A stretch of 64,000 bases of DNA, from the NCBI GenBank assembly GCA_963802945.1, contig CAWDKY010000014.1:155855-219854 (forward strand), given 5' to 3'. The translations under genes and the position numbers were made by a program. The notes beneath the pieces were generated by a model. It was not told the DNA's origin. It saw only the letters and a list, made by a program, of their open reading frames with translations, and made no database searches. Positions 42,530 to 53,205 of the stretch are shown piece by piece (position 1 is the stretch's first letter; each line of letters opens with the position of its first letter). Source of the DNA: an uncultured delta proteobacterium (lineage in GTDB: Bacteria; Desulfobacterota; RBG-13-43-22).

Positions 42530-43781
42530 TTATTTTATCAAGGCCTGATAGACCAAATCCCGAATCAAGTAGCAATGATAAAGGCTGGGTCCGACGATCA
42601 TGTCGTTTATCATAAAGACAACGAACATATCCTCTTTCGGATCCACCCAAAAGGCCGAACCGGCGAACCCATCCAAGTAGTATTCACCTACGGAACCGGC
42701 CACAGAGGCGATTCCGGGGGTCATGCGTACCCCAAAGCCCAGCCCATAACTCATACCACGGGAACCAGAAACCGGGTATTGATCCCAAATGATCGGATGT
42801 CATGTAGGCAACGGTTTTGGGGCCAAGGATTCGAACCCCATCGAGGGGCCCGCCGTTCAAGAGCATTTGAGCAAACCGTGCATAATCCATGGTCGTTGCC
42901 ACCATTCCCTCACCGCCCGCGAGAAGTTTCGGGGGCTTGGTGACATCAAGCATGAATTTTCCCCTGGGCCAGCCCGATTCTGATTCTCAGGCTTTACCCA
43001 AAATCCGGAATCCTTCATGCCCAGAGGTTTGAATATTCTCTCTTCAAGATACTGGTCGAAGGTTTGGCCGGATATGACTTCGATAACCCGTCCAAGCAAG
43101 TCAGAAGATCGACTGTAGTTCCACTTGGTCCCCGGCTGAAAACGCAAGGGAAGCTTCGACAATTTAGTCGTAGCTTCGGCCAGGGTTTCATTTTCATCCC
43201 AGATTTTAGCATCTGCCCACTTCTGCTGGACCAGGCTTTTCCCGAAAAAGGGCGATTCGTAAATCATACCGGAGGTGTGTCGGAGAAGGTCCTGAATGGT
43301 CATCTCCCGGTTGCAGGGAACAAGTTCCAAGGTTGAATTCCCTGTTTGCGGGTCCTTTTTTTCCACGCCCACCTTAAGACCCTTGAGCTCAGGAAGAAAC
43401 TTCGAGACGGGATCCGAAAGGATAAATTTGCCTTCCTCCCACAACATCATAATACCGACAGCGGTGATGGGTTTACTCATCGAGTAAATACGGAAGATGG
43501 TGTCCTTTTTCATGGGCACCCCGTCTCCCTTATCCTGCATGCCGTAAGTTTTGAAGTAGGCGATCTTTCCATGGCGGCCAATAAGGATGGTCGCACCAGG
43601 AATGACCCCTTTTTCAATATGCGCCTGGAGTGCTTTATCAATTCTGAGTCAGTCGTTCGGAAGAAAAGCCAAGGGCCTCGGGGTTTTTGGCCAACTCCAG
43701 GGCTTTGCCCCAAACAGTGGCCGAACAGACAAAGAGAAAAATAATCGAAAAAATAAAAATAAAACGACGCTGTGTTTTCAT
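42530..43781 (-). pseudogene. Serine hydrolase (class C beta-lactamase-related), at least three frameshifts
   Basis: Signal peptide, FRIYSMSK (SxxK), LLRHTSG, WNYS, IFKPLGMKDS, DYARFAQMLLNGG, FWVDPK spread over frames. Confidence 0.85.
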
Positions 43782-43860
43782 TTTTCCTCCTTAAATTCAA
43801 TCAAGATTAGGGAAGTCGGGGGAACCTGGCCTATTTTTTCCAAGCTTTGTTCCAAGGGGT

Positions 43861-43987
43861 GAAAGAACCCCTATGTTATTTATCAAGAAGCCCAAGAAGG
43901 GCAAGAATTATTGGATGGAGCTGTTCATTTAAGTAAGATAGGTGGCAATTTAGAGTATATATAGCTAAATTGTCAAGAAAATTATCA
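43861..43987 (-). repeat. 127-bp promoter-containing direct repeat, copy 2
   Basis: Aligned by eye with 42347-42473. Confidence 0.8.
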
Positions 43988-44066
43988 GAAGTCAAAGTGA
44001 AGAGAAATCCCCCGGTCACGGGTCAGATTGGCATCCAATTTTGGCTGGAAAAAAGCTGAAGAGTTT

Positions 44067-44102
44067 CAAAGGTCCGCTCCGGCAAAAGGAAGCGGACCTT
44101 TG
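44067..44102 (-). terminator. Hairpin, probable terminator
   Basis: caaaggtccgct / agcggacctttg. Confidence 0.55.
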
Positions 44103-44157
44103 GTCTATTGAATTTAAAATAGGCTGGATAAAATTTTGCAGATTAAGATGTTTTTCC

Positions 44158-44787
44158 TCATTTCTTCTTCGGCAAAATGCGAACATCCACGATCCCTTCG
44201 AGTAATTCTTTTAAGGTCTTGGCATCCTCTTCCGATCCCACAATGGCCCCGTAGTGCATAGGTATGGCGATTTTCGGATTAAGCGCTTTTACCGCTTCCA
44301 CTGCTTCTTTGGCGGTCATCACATAGGTGCCGGAAACCGGTATAAGGGCGATATCGGCCTTGATCGATTTCATTTCCGGGATGAAATCCGCATCCCCGGC
44401 GTGATAGACACGGACCCCTTCCACGGTAATGATAAACCCCAGCCAGCCCTTGGCCTTGACATGAAAGTCCTTACTGATGTTATAAGAGGGAACCGCTTCA
44501 ATGGTTATTCCCTGGATGGTTTTGGTCTCGCCGGGCTTGATGACCTCGATCTTCCCGGAAAGCTTTTTAGCCGAATCGGCTTCGGTGACGATAACCGTAT
44601 CCTTGGTTTGAATTTTTTTGACATCATCCGGGGAGCAGTGATCAAAATGATCATGGCTGATCAGGATAATATCGGCCGGCGGCCCTCCTTCAATTTGAAA
44701 GGGATCAAAATAAATGGTTTTTTTATTCTGATACAAAAAACCGTCGTGTCCTAACCAGGAAAGCCTTTTAAATACCTCTTCTATCAT
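44158..44787 (-). CDS. MBL-fold metallo-hydrolase (UlaG-like)
   Basis: WLGH, SHDHFDH, YHAGD, PMHYG. Confidence 0.9.
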   Translation of the reverse strand: MIEEVFKRLSWLGHDGFLYQNKKTIYFDPFQIEGGPPADIILISHDHFDHCSPDDVKKIQTKDTVIVTEADSAKKLSGKIEVIKPGETKTIQGITIEAVPSYNISKDFHVKAKGWLGFIITVEGVRVYHAGDADFIPEMKSIKADIALIPVSGTYVMTAKEAVEAVKALNPKIAIPMHYGAIVGSEEDAKTLKELLEGIVDVRILPKKK

Positions 44788-44807
44788 AACGCTCCTCCTT
44801 TTTATGC

Positions 44808-44996
44808 TTACTTTTCTTCGAGTATTATTTTATGATTGACCAGTGATAATTGTTTGATCCTGGCGGCAAGGATTTTTTGTTCACCAAAGATATTGACCAG
44901 CCGGATATTGCCGTTATCCGGTTCTAGAAGATCCACACTTTCCAGAATCAGTTCTTCCTTTCCATCCCGAATCATAAAAGCCGCTGCTTCACACAT
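44808..44996 (-). CDS. CooT family nickel-binding protein
   Basis: MCEA start, NIFGEQK, LVNHKIIL. Confidence 0.85.
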   Translation of the reverse strand: MCEAAAFMIRDGKEELILESVDLLEPDNGNIRLVNIFGEQKILAARIKQLSLVNHKIILEEK

Positions 44997-45199
44997 GATT
45001 CATACACTCCTTTTTTTCGCCGAATTCTTCTCGTAACTTTTTGATGACGGCACTGCCGATCCCGCCGCCCTGACCATCCAAGACCCCTATTTTCATCATG
45101 GTGCTCTTCTATTGGCAAAAAATTTCCTTTTCGACAGGAAGAGTATAAAATAAGCTCCAATAAGGGGTCAAGGGAAAAAAACAGGACATCTCAATCTTC

Positions 45200-45229
45200 T
45201 TGACACCCAAGAAGGCCTTCACCTATACT
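45200..45229 (+). promoter_or_regulatory. Sigma-70 promoter (a divergent one at about 45142-45171)
   Basis: TTGACA-N18-TATACT on plus; TTGACC...TATACT on minus. Confidence 0.65.
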
Positions 45230-45408
45230 TTACAAATCCACGATTAGGTTCTTGTCAAAATCATCGCATCGCCTTCGGTGGAAAAGAGAATAAACACCAC
45301 ACTCTGGTTTGTGGAAACCCGCTAATCCACATTAATTTTGGAGTTCAATCCGGCGCGGTTTTGAAAAAAGGCGTTAACGGCCTTCACCGGCCAAAAGGAG
45401 AAAAGACT

Positions 45409-46867
45409 GTGAGTATCCATAAATTGGAACCGTTATTTAATGCCCGCTCGGTGACCTTTGTGGGCGCCTCCAATGACCCAGGCAAGTGGGGGTTCCTTAC
45501 GCTCAAACACCTGATGGATGGCGGTTTTCAGGGCAACATCTATCCTGTGAATCCCAGGGAAGCCGAGATACTCGGGCTGAAGGTTTACAGGAGCATCGCC
45601 GATCTACCGGAAACACCCGATTTGGCGGTCATCATCGTTCCACCCCCGGCTGTTCCTGCGGTGATCAAAGAATGCGTCTCCAAAGGTATTAAAGCCGGTA
45701 TCATCATAACCGCCGGCTTTGCCGAATTGGGCGGCGAAGGGGCCCGGCTTCAAGACGAGATCGTTGAAGCAGCCCGCAATGGAGGCATGGCCTTGGTAGG
45801 GCCGAACTGCAATGGTGTCATGAGTCCCTGGAACAAGCAGCACGTTCAGTTCCCTTCGTTCTTTGTGCCTCCCGGCGCCATAGGTGTCATCGCTCAGAGT
45901 GGAAACGTAGTGGATGCCCTGGCGCTCCAGATCCAGATGCACGGCTTCGGTTGCAGCGTATGCATCGCCAGCGGCAACGAGGCTGTGCTTCACTGCGAGG
46001 ACTACCTCGAATACCTGGCGGAAGACCCCCGCACAAAAGTTATCTTGTCCTATATTGAAGGATTCAAAAATGGAGAGCGCTTTTTGGCGGTTGCCCGTGA
46101 GGTCAGTAAAAAGAAGCCGATCATCATGCTTAAGGCCGGAAAAACACAGGCCGGGGCCAGGGCGGCTGCTTCGCACACCGCTGCCCTGGCCGGATCGGAT
46201 GCCGTCTTTGATGCTGTTTGCCAACAATCCGGCGTGATCAGGGCCAAGGGCCTGGATGAAATGCTGAATATCGGCTTGGCCTTCCTGCGGCAGCCCATTC
46301 CCAAAGGACGTGGATTAGGCATCGTTACGGCCGGAGGAGGCTGGGGCGTGCTGGCTGCAGATGCCTGTGCAGAACTCGGGTTTCGACCTAGTCCAATTGC
46401 CCGATGAAACGATAAATGAATTGGACAAAATTCTCCCTGCCTGGTGGAACCGGGGCAACCCGGTGGACCTGGTGGCCGGGGCAGAGGTTGATAACATTTA
46501 TAAAGCCGTCGAGCTGGTGATGCAGTGCCCGTCGGTTGATGCCATGATGTTCCTGAGCATAATGCCGGCGCTGAGGGCGGGAAGTTTCAATGCCCCCCAG
46601 GATGAAGCAGCCAGAGAACAATGGGGCAAGAGACTGATAGAATCGGTCGCTATGTCTATGGATGAGTTTAATGCCATGGCCGATAAATACAACAAGCCGA
46701 TTGTCATCGCTTCCGAACACATGTGGGCCACCAACTATGAGCAGGCCGGGATTACTTTTACCTTAGGGCAGCACAATGCCGTCTGCTACCGCATGCCCGG
46801 CGAAGCCGCCAGAGTGTTGGATGCCCTGGCAACCTACGGCGAGTACATTAGAAAATTTCAAAGATAA
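45409..46867 (+). CDS. ADP-forming acyl-CoA synthetase alpha-type subunit 1, frameshift near 46380
   Basis: VGAS, YPVNP, ITAGFAE, GPNC, QSG, SHTAALAG phospho-His, NPVD. Confidence 0.88.
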
Positions 46868-46876
46868 GGAAGACAA

Positions 46877-48289
46877 ATGGATGTTCAGATGAAGCAATCT
46901 TTAGATGCCATTTTCAGACCGGGTTCGGTAGCCGTTGTAGGCGCCAGCAATAATATTCAGTCCTGGGGTTACGGAATGCTGAACAGCTTAGTGGCCGGAA
47001 GATTTCGCAATACCATTTATCCGATCAATCCCAAGGAGAAAATCATCCAGGGCATTCCAGGTTATCCGAGCCTCAGAGAGGTTCCTGATGAGATTGATCT
47101 GGCGGTAATCGTAGTCAATGCCTCCTCAGTGGCCAAGGTGATCGAAGAATGCATTGCCAAAAAAGTGAAGGGCGGAATTGTCATCACAGCCGGTTTTGCT
47201 GAAATAAGTACCGATGGGGCTATGGTCCAAAAGAAGATTGCCGAAGCATCGCAAAAGGCCGGCTTTTATTTTCTGGGGCCGAATTGTCTGGGGGTCTGGA
47301 GTACCGAGGGGAACCTGAACACCTTTACCAATATGGTGAGGCGCCCTCATCGAGGACCGATTTCTTTCCTGTCCCAGAGCGGGACCCTCGGCAATTATTT
47401 GTATGATGCCTCACGAAAATACGGGTTCGGTGTAAGCAAGTTCATCAGCTTCGGGAATCAGGCCTCCATCAGCTACGTGAATCTTCTGGAATATCTGGGT
47501 GATGATCCCACCACGAAGGTCATCATTTCCTATGTTGAAGACATAGGGGACGGCCATCGGTTTTTGGAAGTGGCGAAAACGGTCACCCGGAAAAAACCCC
47601 TGCTGATATACAAGGCCGGTTCGTCAGAGGCGGCAGCCCGCGCGGCACGTTCCCATACAGCGGCTTTGGCAGGGAACGATGATCTTTTTGATGCCGTATG
47701 TCGTCAGGCCGGTGCCATTCGCTGGCACGATTTCATGGAAATGTTTTATATGGCCAATTGTCTCTGCTATCAACCTCTGCCCAAAGGAAACCGGGTGGCT
47801 ATCATTCACGGCGGCGGAGGTTTTTGCGTCACGGCCACAGAGGCCTGTACCCGGTTAGGCCTAAGTGTTCCTGAAATGACTCAACAGGCGCAGGAGGAGA
47901 TAAGGGATCAGATGCTGCCTTTTTCCCCTCCGCCGGTGAATCCCATAGACTGTATCGGGAGGAAAAACGAGAAAGCCTACTTGAATATCATCGAAATCGC
48001 CGCCAAACAGGACAATATCGACTGTCTGATCGTCATGCCGACTCGTGACAATTTTAACCGCTATACCAAATCATCCGAAATGATCGACACCCTGAAGATT
48101 ACGGAAGCGATCGCCGCCATTCCGACAAAATACCAAAAGCCGATTGTCGTAGCAGCCAACGAGGAACAGATTACAGGGCCGATAGATGAGATCTTCAAGC
48201 GATATCACATTCCGACTTTCTCCAGTCCCGTGGACTGCGCCAAGGCCCTGTGGGGGATGGTCAAATACAGTCAGGTGTTACAAAAATAA
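46877..48289 (+). CDS. ADP-forming acyl-CoA synthetase alpha-type subunit 2
   Basis: VGAS, ITAGFAE, GPNCLG, SQSG, SHTAALAG, NPID. Confidence 0.9.
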   Translation: MDVQMKQSLDAIFRPGSVAVVGASNNIQSWGYGMLNSLVAGRFRNTIYPINPKEKIIQGIPGYPSLREVPDEIDLAVIVVNASSVAKVIEECIAKKVKGGIVITAGFAEISTDGAMVQKKIAEASQKAGFYFLGPNCLGVWSTEGNLNTFTNMVRRPHRGPISFLSQSGTLGNYLYDASRKYGFGVSKFISFGNQASISYVNLLEYLGDDPTTKVIISYVEDIGDGHRFLEVAKTVTRKKPLLIYKAGSSEAAARAARSHTAALAGNDDLFDAVCRQAGAIRWHDFMEMFYMANCLCYQPLPKGNRVAIIHGGGGFCVTATEACTRLGLSVPEMTQQAQEEIRDQMLPFSPPPVNPIDCIGRKNEKAYLNIIEIAAKQDNIDCLIVMPTRDNFNRYTKSSEMIDTLKITEAIAAIPTKYQKPIVVAANEEQITGPIDEIFKRYHIPTFSSPVDCAKALWGMVKYSQVLQK

Positions 48290-48290
48290 A

Positions 48291-48345
48291 AGGATTCAAG
48301 GTCACAGTTCAAGGTTCAAGGTTCAAAGTTAAAGGTTTAGGGTTC
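48291..48345 (+). repeat. GGTTCAA-type heptamer arm
   Basis: gattcaa ggtcaca gttcaa ggttcaa ggttcaa agttaaa ggtttag ggttc. Confidence 0.8.
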
Positions 48346-48589
48346 TGTAACACAGCTTAACTGGGAATGTTGAGATTTTGCTATACAGACATTGTCAAGA
48401 TTAATGGTGACTCCTTGTTTTTGGCTTTTGTCCTATTTTGAACGATTTCTAACGCAAATCGCTGAAGGACTCTCCTATTTAATGGTTCAATTCCAAAAGG
48501 AAATCCCCCTATTTACTATTCCCAAAATCGTGTATAATGAGGTCCATTCATAAGCCAGATCAATAAAGTAACCTATCTTCCAGTTTCGC

Positions 48590-48858
48590 CACTTGCCCTG
48601 ACCCCTTTAAACTGAGCCAGGATATAAGTTATACACGGTACTCCGCATGAAGCTTTGAGCAACATATCGCCCAATGATGTCTATGCGGGAAGAAAGGAGG
48701 CCATCCTACAGAAGAGAAAAGAAAAAAAATAATTGACCATGCAGCGGAGAAAACAGTACATTTTGTACGGCAATGGTACTAACAATGATGGCTCAGTCCA
48801 GTATCAGAGTACAAACTCGCTATAACAACATCTGTCCAAAAAGGTCTGAAGATATACA
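48590..48858 (+). mobile_element. IS3/IS481-type transposase C-terminal remnant with probable right end
   Basis: PHEALSNISPNDVYAGRKEAILQKRKEKK*LTMQRRKQY; ends ctgtccaaaaaggtctgaagatataca; IS3-like end tgccctgacccctttaaactgagcca upstream. Confidence 0.65.
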
Positions 48859-48961
48859 CCGTTTGAAGCAAATTTGCAACTTAACACCTGAAACGGAACC
48901 GTCTCGCCTTGTGGCAGCAATCCGAAAAACAAACTGAATGTGATAACAACAGGAGTTTAAG

Positions 48962-50368
48962 ATGTCGGAAACAATAGTTGAACAGCTTGATCATATTTTC
49001 AAGCCGATCCGTAGCCATTATAGGGGCTAGCAGTACGATGGAAAAATGGGGCGGAAGATTGCTCCGCAGAGCGCTGCAGTCAAACTATAGGGGCAATATT
49101 TATCCCGTAAATCCAAAGGCGAAAGAACTCATGGGAGTTAAGGCTTATGCCGATGTTCGCGATTCCCGGCGAGGTGGAGCTGGCTGTTTTCACCGTCATG
49201 GCTGCCCAGGTGCCGGTAGTCATGACGGCCTGCGTTGAAAAAGGAGTCAAAGGGGGCGTTATCAATTCTGCCGATTTTGCCGAAACAGGAGAGACAGGGA
49301 AGAGGCTGGAAGAAGAAGCCGCAAAAATCGCCAGAGCGGGGAATTTGCGGTTTTTAGGTCCGAATTGCAACGGTATCTGGTGTTCCGCTTCAACCTTAAT
49401 ATAACCCCAATCGAAGATCGCATGTCCGGTCCGGTCGCTTTCATCAGTCAAAGCGGCAGTTTCGGCGGGATTGCAAACCGCCTCACCGGTGACAGAGGTT
49501 ATGGTCTCAGCAAATTTATAGCCATCGGCAATCAGGGGGATTTAACCGCAACTGATTTCCTGGAATACCTTAGCTACGACGACGATACAAAAGTCATCAC
49601 GATGTATATGGAAGGGTTTAAAGACGGCGCCAGATTTTTCGAAGTCGCGAGAGAAGTGGTGGCAAAAAAACCGATCTTGCTGATGAAAGTCGTCCGTTCC
49701 GACGTGGGCGCCCGTGCGACCATGTCTCATACCGCTTCGATAGCCGGATCGGACGATGTTTTAGACGCCATATGCAGGCAGGCGGGAATTATAAGAGTAA
49801 AGCAGCTAGAGCATCTTTTCATTATGGCGGAACCGCTTTTCAGCCAGCCCTTGCCGAAAGGGAAGAGAATAGGCATACTTGCAAACGGCGGGCAGGGCGT
49901 TGTTGCTTCGGATAATATAGTGGCTCTGGGTATGGAAGTTCCCCAATTTACAAAGGAGGATGCCGCAAGACTTAAGAGTATGTTGCCTCCGCATGCACCG
50001 AATCCAAGTAATCCTGTGGATTTTGCCGCCGGAAATTTTGACTCGGAACAGGAAATGCGGGTATTTGATGCGCTGGCGTCACTTGATTCGGTAGACGCAA
50101 TTTTGACCCTCGTACCCAGGGACAGGAGTTACAAGCCGACACATGCAGAACGCAGAAAACATATAATAGATGCCGTGGAAACGGGTGCCGAAGGATTCCA
50201 CAAAAATACGGCAAGCCTATGATTGCGTTATTTTGGCGACGCCTGCCATCTATCGACGACACTTTCAGGGAATATAATATACCTCAGTTCGACAATGTCG
50301 AACATGCCTCTCTCGCCTTGTCTGCTCTGGTGAAATACGGAGAAATCAAAAGAAGACTGTCGCAGTAA
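48962..50368 (+). pseudogene. ADP-forming acyl-CoA synthetase alpha-type subunit 3, several frameshifts
   Basis: IGAS, YPVNP, GPNCNG, SQSG, SHTASIAG, NPVD in successive frames. Confidence 0.82.
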
Positions 50369-50640
50369 TTTGCGGCTGAAAAGAAAGATGGTTAAAGATT
50401 GAACAGGGTTCAAGGAGACGCTGGTAAAAAAGTAAAAAAGTTTTTGAATCAACTTCCAGTGGTTCTCCTGGATGATCGCCCAACCTCTTTAAACCGGTAT
50501 CCGCCCCCACAATTATTTTCCACCGTAACAAAATAATGAGGTGGTCCCCAAAAATTGGAAATATTTTAAGCTCAGAGTTAGCCCAAAGGAAGGAGGTGGC
50601 TATGAACAAAGGAGCGATGACACCTCAAGTTCAAGGTCGG

Positions 50641-50678
50641 GGTAATCCAACTATTTCTCCCATATTTCCATCCGTAAT
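50641..50678. repeat. 38-bp direct repeat, copy 1 (copy 2 at 51432-51469)
   Basis: ggtaatccaactatttctcccatatttccatccgtaat vs ggtagtccaaccatttctcccatatttcaatccgtaat. Confidence 0.85.
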
Positions 50679-50847
50679 TAACGAAAAGTTAATTGAAATT
50701 TATTGACTTTTTGGCTATTAGAGGATAAAAAATTTAAGTAAAAAAGAAAGAGGAAGTAACAAAGGTATAGAAAGAAAGGTATTATAAAGCATAAGAATTG
50801 GTATCAAAAATTATTCATTGTCATGTTAGGTAAGAAGAGGTGAAAAC

Positions 50848-51208
50848 ATAATTAAAAATCAAAAAGGTTTTACCTTGATTGAGTTGATCATCGTCATCGT
50901 CATCATCGGCATTTTGGCGGCCATCGCCATTCCAAGGTACGTCGACATGGCCAACCAAGCCCCAGAGCGCAGCCAACGGACTGACCGGTGCCCTTAAAGC
51001 CGCGGCATCAATCTCCTATGCTGATTATGTCCTTAACAGCTCCGCCACAGCTAGTCTTAATGCTACCTCGATTCTTGCAACAACCTATATGTCGGATACG
51101 GGTGGGGCTGTGGCAACGGCGACCAACGTCATCACGGCCACAATCAGCGGGACGGCCTATACCTGGGCCTATACCAACCCGAATCAAGTTTCCACCCATA
51201 CCCCCTAA
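50848..51208 (+). pseudogene. Type IV pilin (MSHA-like), ATA in place of start codon and a frameshift near 50965
   Basis: RBS gaggtg; IIKNQKG|[24 protein letters not shown] prepilin motif; continues [18 protein letters not shown]...THTP* in another frame; missing from ORF track. Confidence 0.85.
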
Positions 51209-51228
51209 GCTTTTATGAAGGAGGATCA

Positions 51229-51263
51229 GAAAGGGCCGTATTTCTCGTCTGCGGCCCTTTTTT
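51229..51263 (+). terminator. Intrinsic terminator after pilin
   Basis: aaagggccgta / tgcggcccttttt. Confidence 0.7.
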
Positions 51264-51431
51264 ATGTCTAAGAGCAAAAGGGGATAGGCGCTTTTTTATT
51301 ATCAGGTTTCATGGGCTTAATCCTTCTCTATTTCTCGGAGGCCTTGACCCCGTCCAAGCTGATGGTCGATCGGGATCTGCCGATCTTTTTTCCCCTAATC
51401 TTAAGCTCTGGGTCGAGACCGTCCAGGCCGT
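51264..51431 (+). pseudogene. 5' fragment of a YfhO-like membrane glycosyltransferase
   Basis: TM helix then LMVDRDLPIFF-PNLKLWVETVQA, cut at the 38-bp repeat. Confidence 0.4.
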
Positions 51432-51705
51432 GGTAGTCCAACCATTTCTCCCATATTTCAATCCGTAATCGTTAATTTTCTGGACTGACTTCTTAAAACA
51501 TTAGTAGGGGTAATGTGCAAAGAGGTTTTTTTGACACCGACTGTCAACTTAAATGTCGGTTAGGACAGCTTAACTCATTTTCCCTGAAGCCTATTCTATA
51601 ATTTTCCCTAAACCCATAAAGCTTGTCTTGGCTTTAACTTTGTAATCAAGAAATAACAAGTCTCTATTCTGAATTCTGACTCCTGGATTCTGGGTTTTTG
51701 TTTTT

Positions 51706-52906
51706 TTAATATGCAAATTTCCCCTTTTCATAGATCACCAGCTTCTTCCCTGTGGTGAGATGGGCGGTGACGGTCTTGTCTTCCGTATTCACCAGGTCCC
51801 AATGAAGGGCGGAATCGTTAAACCCGAGCCTCTTTTTTAATTCCTTGGTCATCCTGGCCGGATTTCCATCAAAGGTGTCGGTATAGGATGCCCCGAGGGC
51901 GATATGGCAGTTCCCGTAAGCCCCGCCGTAATTTTCATCGAAAAGGGTGTCGGCCATAAAACGATTGATCCTGGAAAAACGTTTGTCCGTCAAAGAAAAC
52001 TCCCCAACCTTAGAAGCCCCATTATCCATGGCAGATTTGTTTTACAGTGAAGGCCTCACCGGACTTGGCTTCGGCCTTTTTTACCGTCCCTTTTTCAAAG
52101 GACAGCCGAACACCGTCAACATAGTTTCCGCTCCGGAATGAAGGCAGATTGGAATAATAAACCCCTTCGGTCCCTCGAAAGTCCGGCGAAAAAAAGACCT
52201 CAAAACTGGGGATATTATGACCGGAGACGCCTTTCCATATTCTTCGCTCTCCTGGTGTGATCTTTAAATCCACATTAGCCGATTCGATGTGAAGGGATTT
52301 TATCTTAAGGCTGTTGAGCCATTTTTTTATCTGCCGGGCATTCCTATGGATATGCTCCCATTCAGCCACCGGGTCTTCTTTGTCCAGATAACAGGCCCGG
52401 ACAATCTGGTCGGTGTATTTTCTGATGGTCGTTTTGGCCTGTCTGGCCAGCTCTTCGGTGGGAACCGTACAGAGGGTCCAGCTATAAAATCCCTTCTCCT
52501 CCCGCCGATCCAGTATCTCTCTTAACGGCTTTCTTGAAATCAGGACCTTTCCGATCCGGACCGGATCGATGTCTTTCAGATGGGTCAACGATTCAGGGGC
52601 CCTTAAAAAAAATCGGCCGTTGACCTTCTGAAATAATTCTTTATCTCCCGGAGTGATAAAGACCAGTTGATCGTTCTTTGATTTTTGAAAAAATTCATGC
52701 TCCATGACGTAAGTTACACCCATACGTTGAACCGGATACATTCCCCTGTCGAGTGTTTTGGCATATAAAATCTCAGCCAGTTTCAGGGCTGGAGGCTCAT
52801 ACTGGATTAAGATAATGTCCTTTTTCCTGAAAGGTTGCTTCCTGGCTGTGGTTAATCCCCAAAAAAGCACATCGGCGTATTTATTAAGTTGATTGTCGCT
52901 TAGCAT
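51706..52906 (-). CDS. Aminopeptidase, M29 thermophilic metalloprotease family, frameshift near 52033
   Basis: NIPSFEVF, GEFSL, LFDEN, HIALG, NDSALHWD. Confidence 0.88.
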
Positions 52907-53020
52907 CGTATCCCTCCTTGTTTTTTTCTAAATCATTTCGGTATTAATACAGAAGGAAAAAAGTGCCTTCACTGCCTCTCTAACCATCCCGTCTTGGAAG
53001 ATATTTCCATCAACAATTTT

Positions 53021-53112
53021 GTCATTCCGTGCAAGCGAAGCGGATACGGAGCCTGCCCCGGACACGAGCCGAGGGAATCCAGCTAATATATGAGCTGGTT
53101 CCCGGCTTTCGC
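53021..53112. repeat. Degenerate REP-like doublet related to the MITE interior
   Basis: gtcattccgtgcaagcgaagcg...cggctttcgccgcatgacgg; TIRs absent. Confidence 0.7.
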
Positions 53113-53205
53113 CGCATGACGGCCTTAATAGCGCATTCTGCTATCACTATTCCTCCTTTGAGGCCTGCGATGACTCAGTCGAGGTGGAAAGGACAGGATG
53201 GGGAT

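Noticed and set aside
45235-45408. Riboswitch in the long leader of the acyl-CoA ligase genes
   Set aside because: No recognisable aptamer consensus or terminator; needs an Rfam scan
50798-50818. Sigma-54 promoter for the pilin
   Set aside because: tggtat present but no GC at -12 spacing
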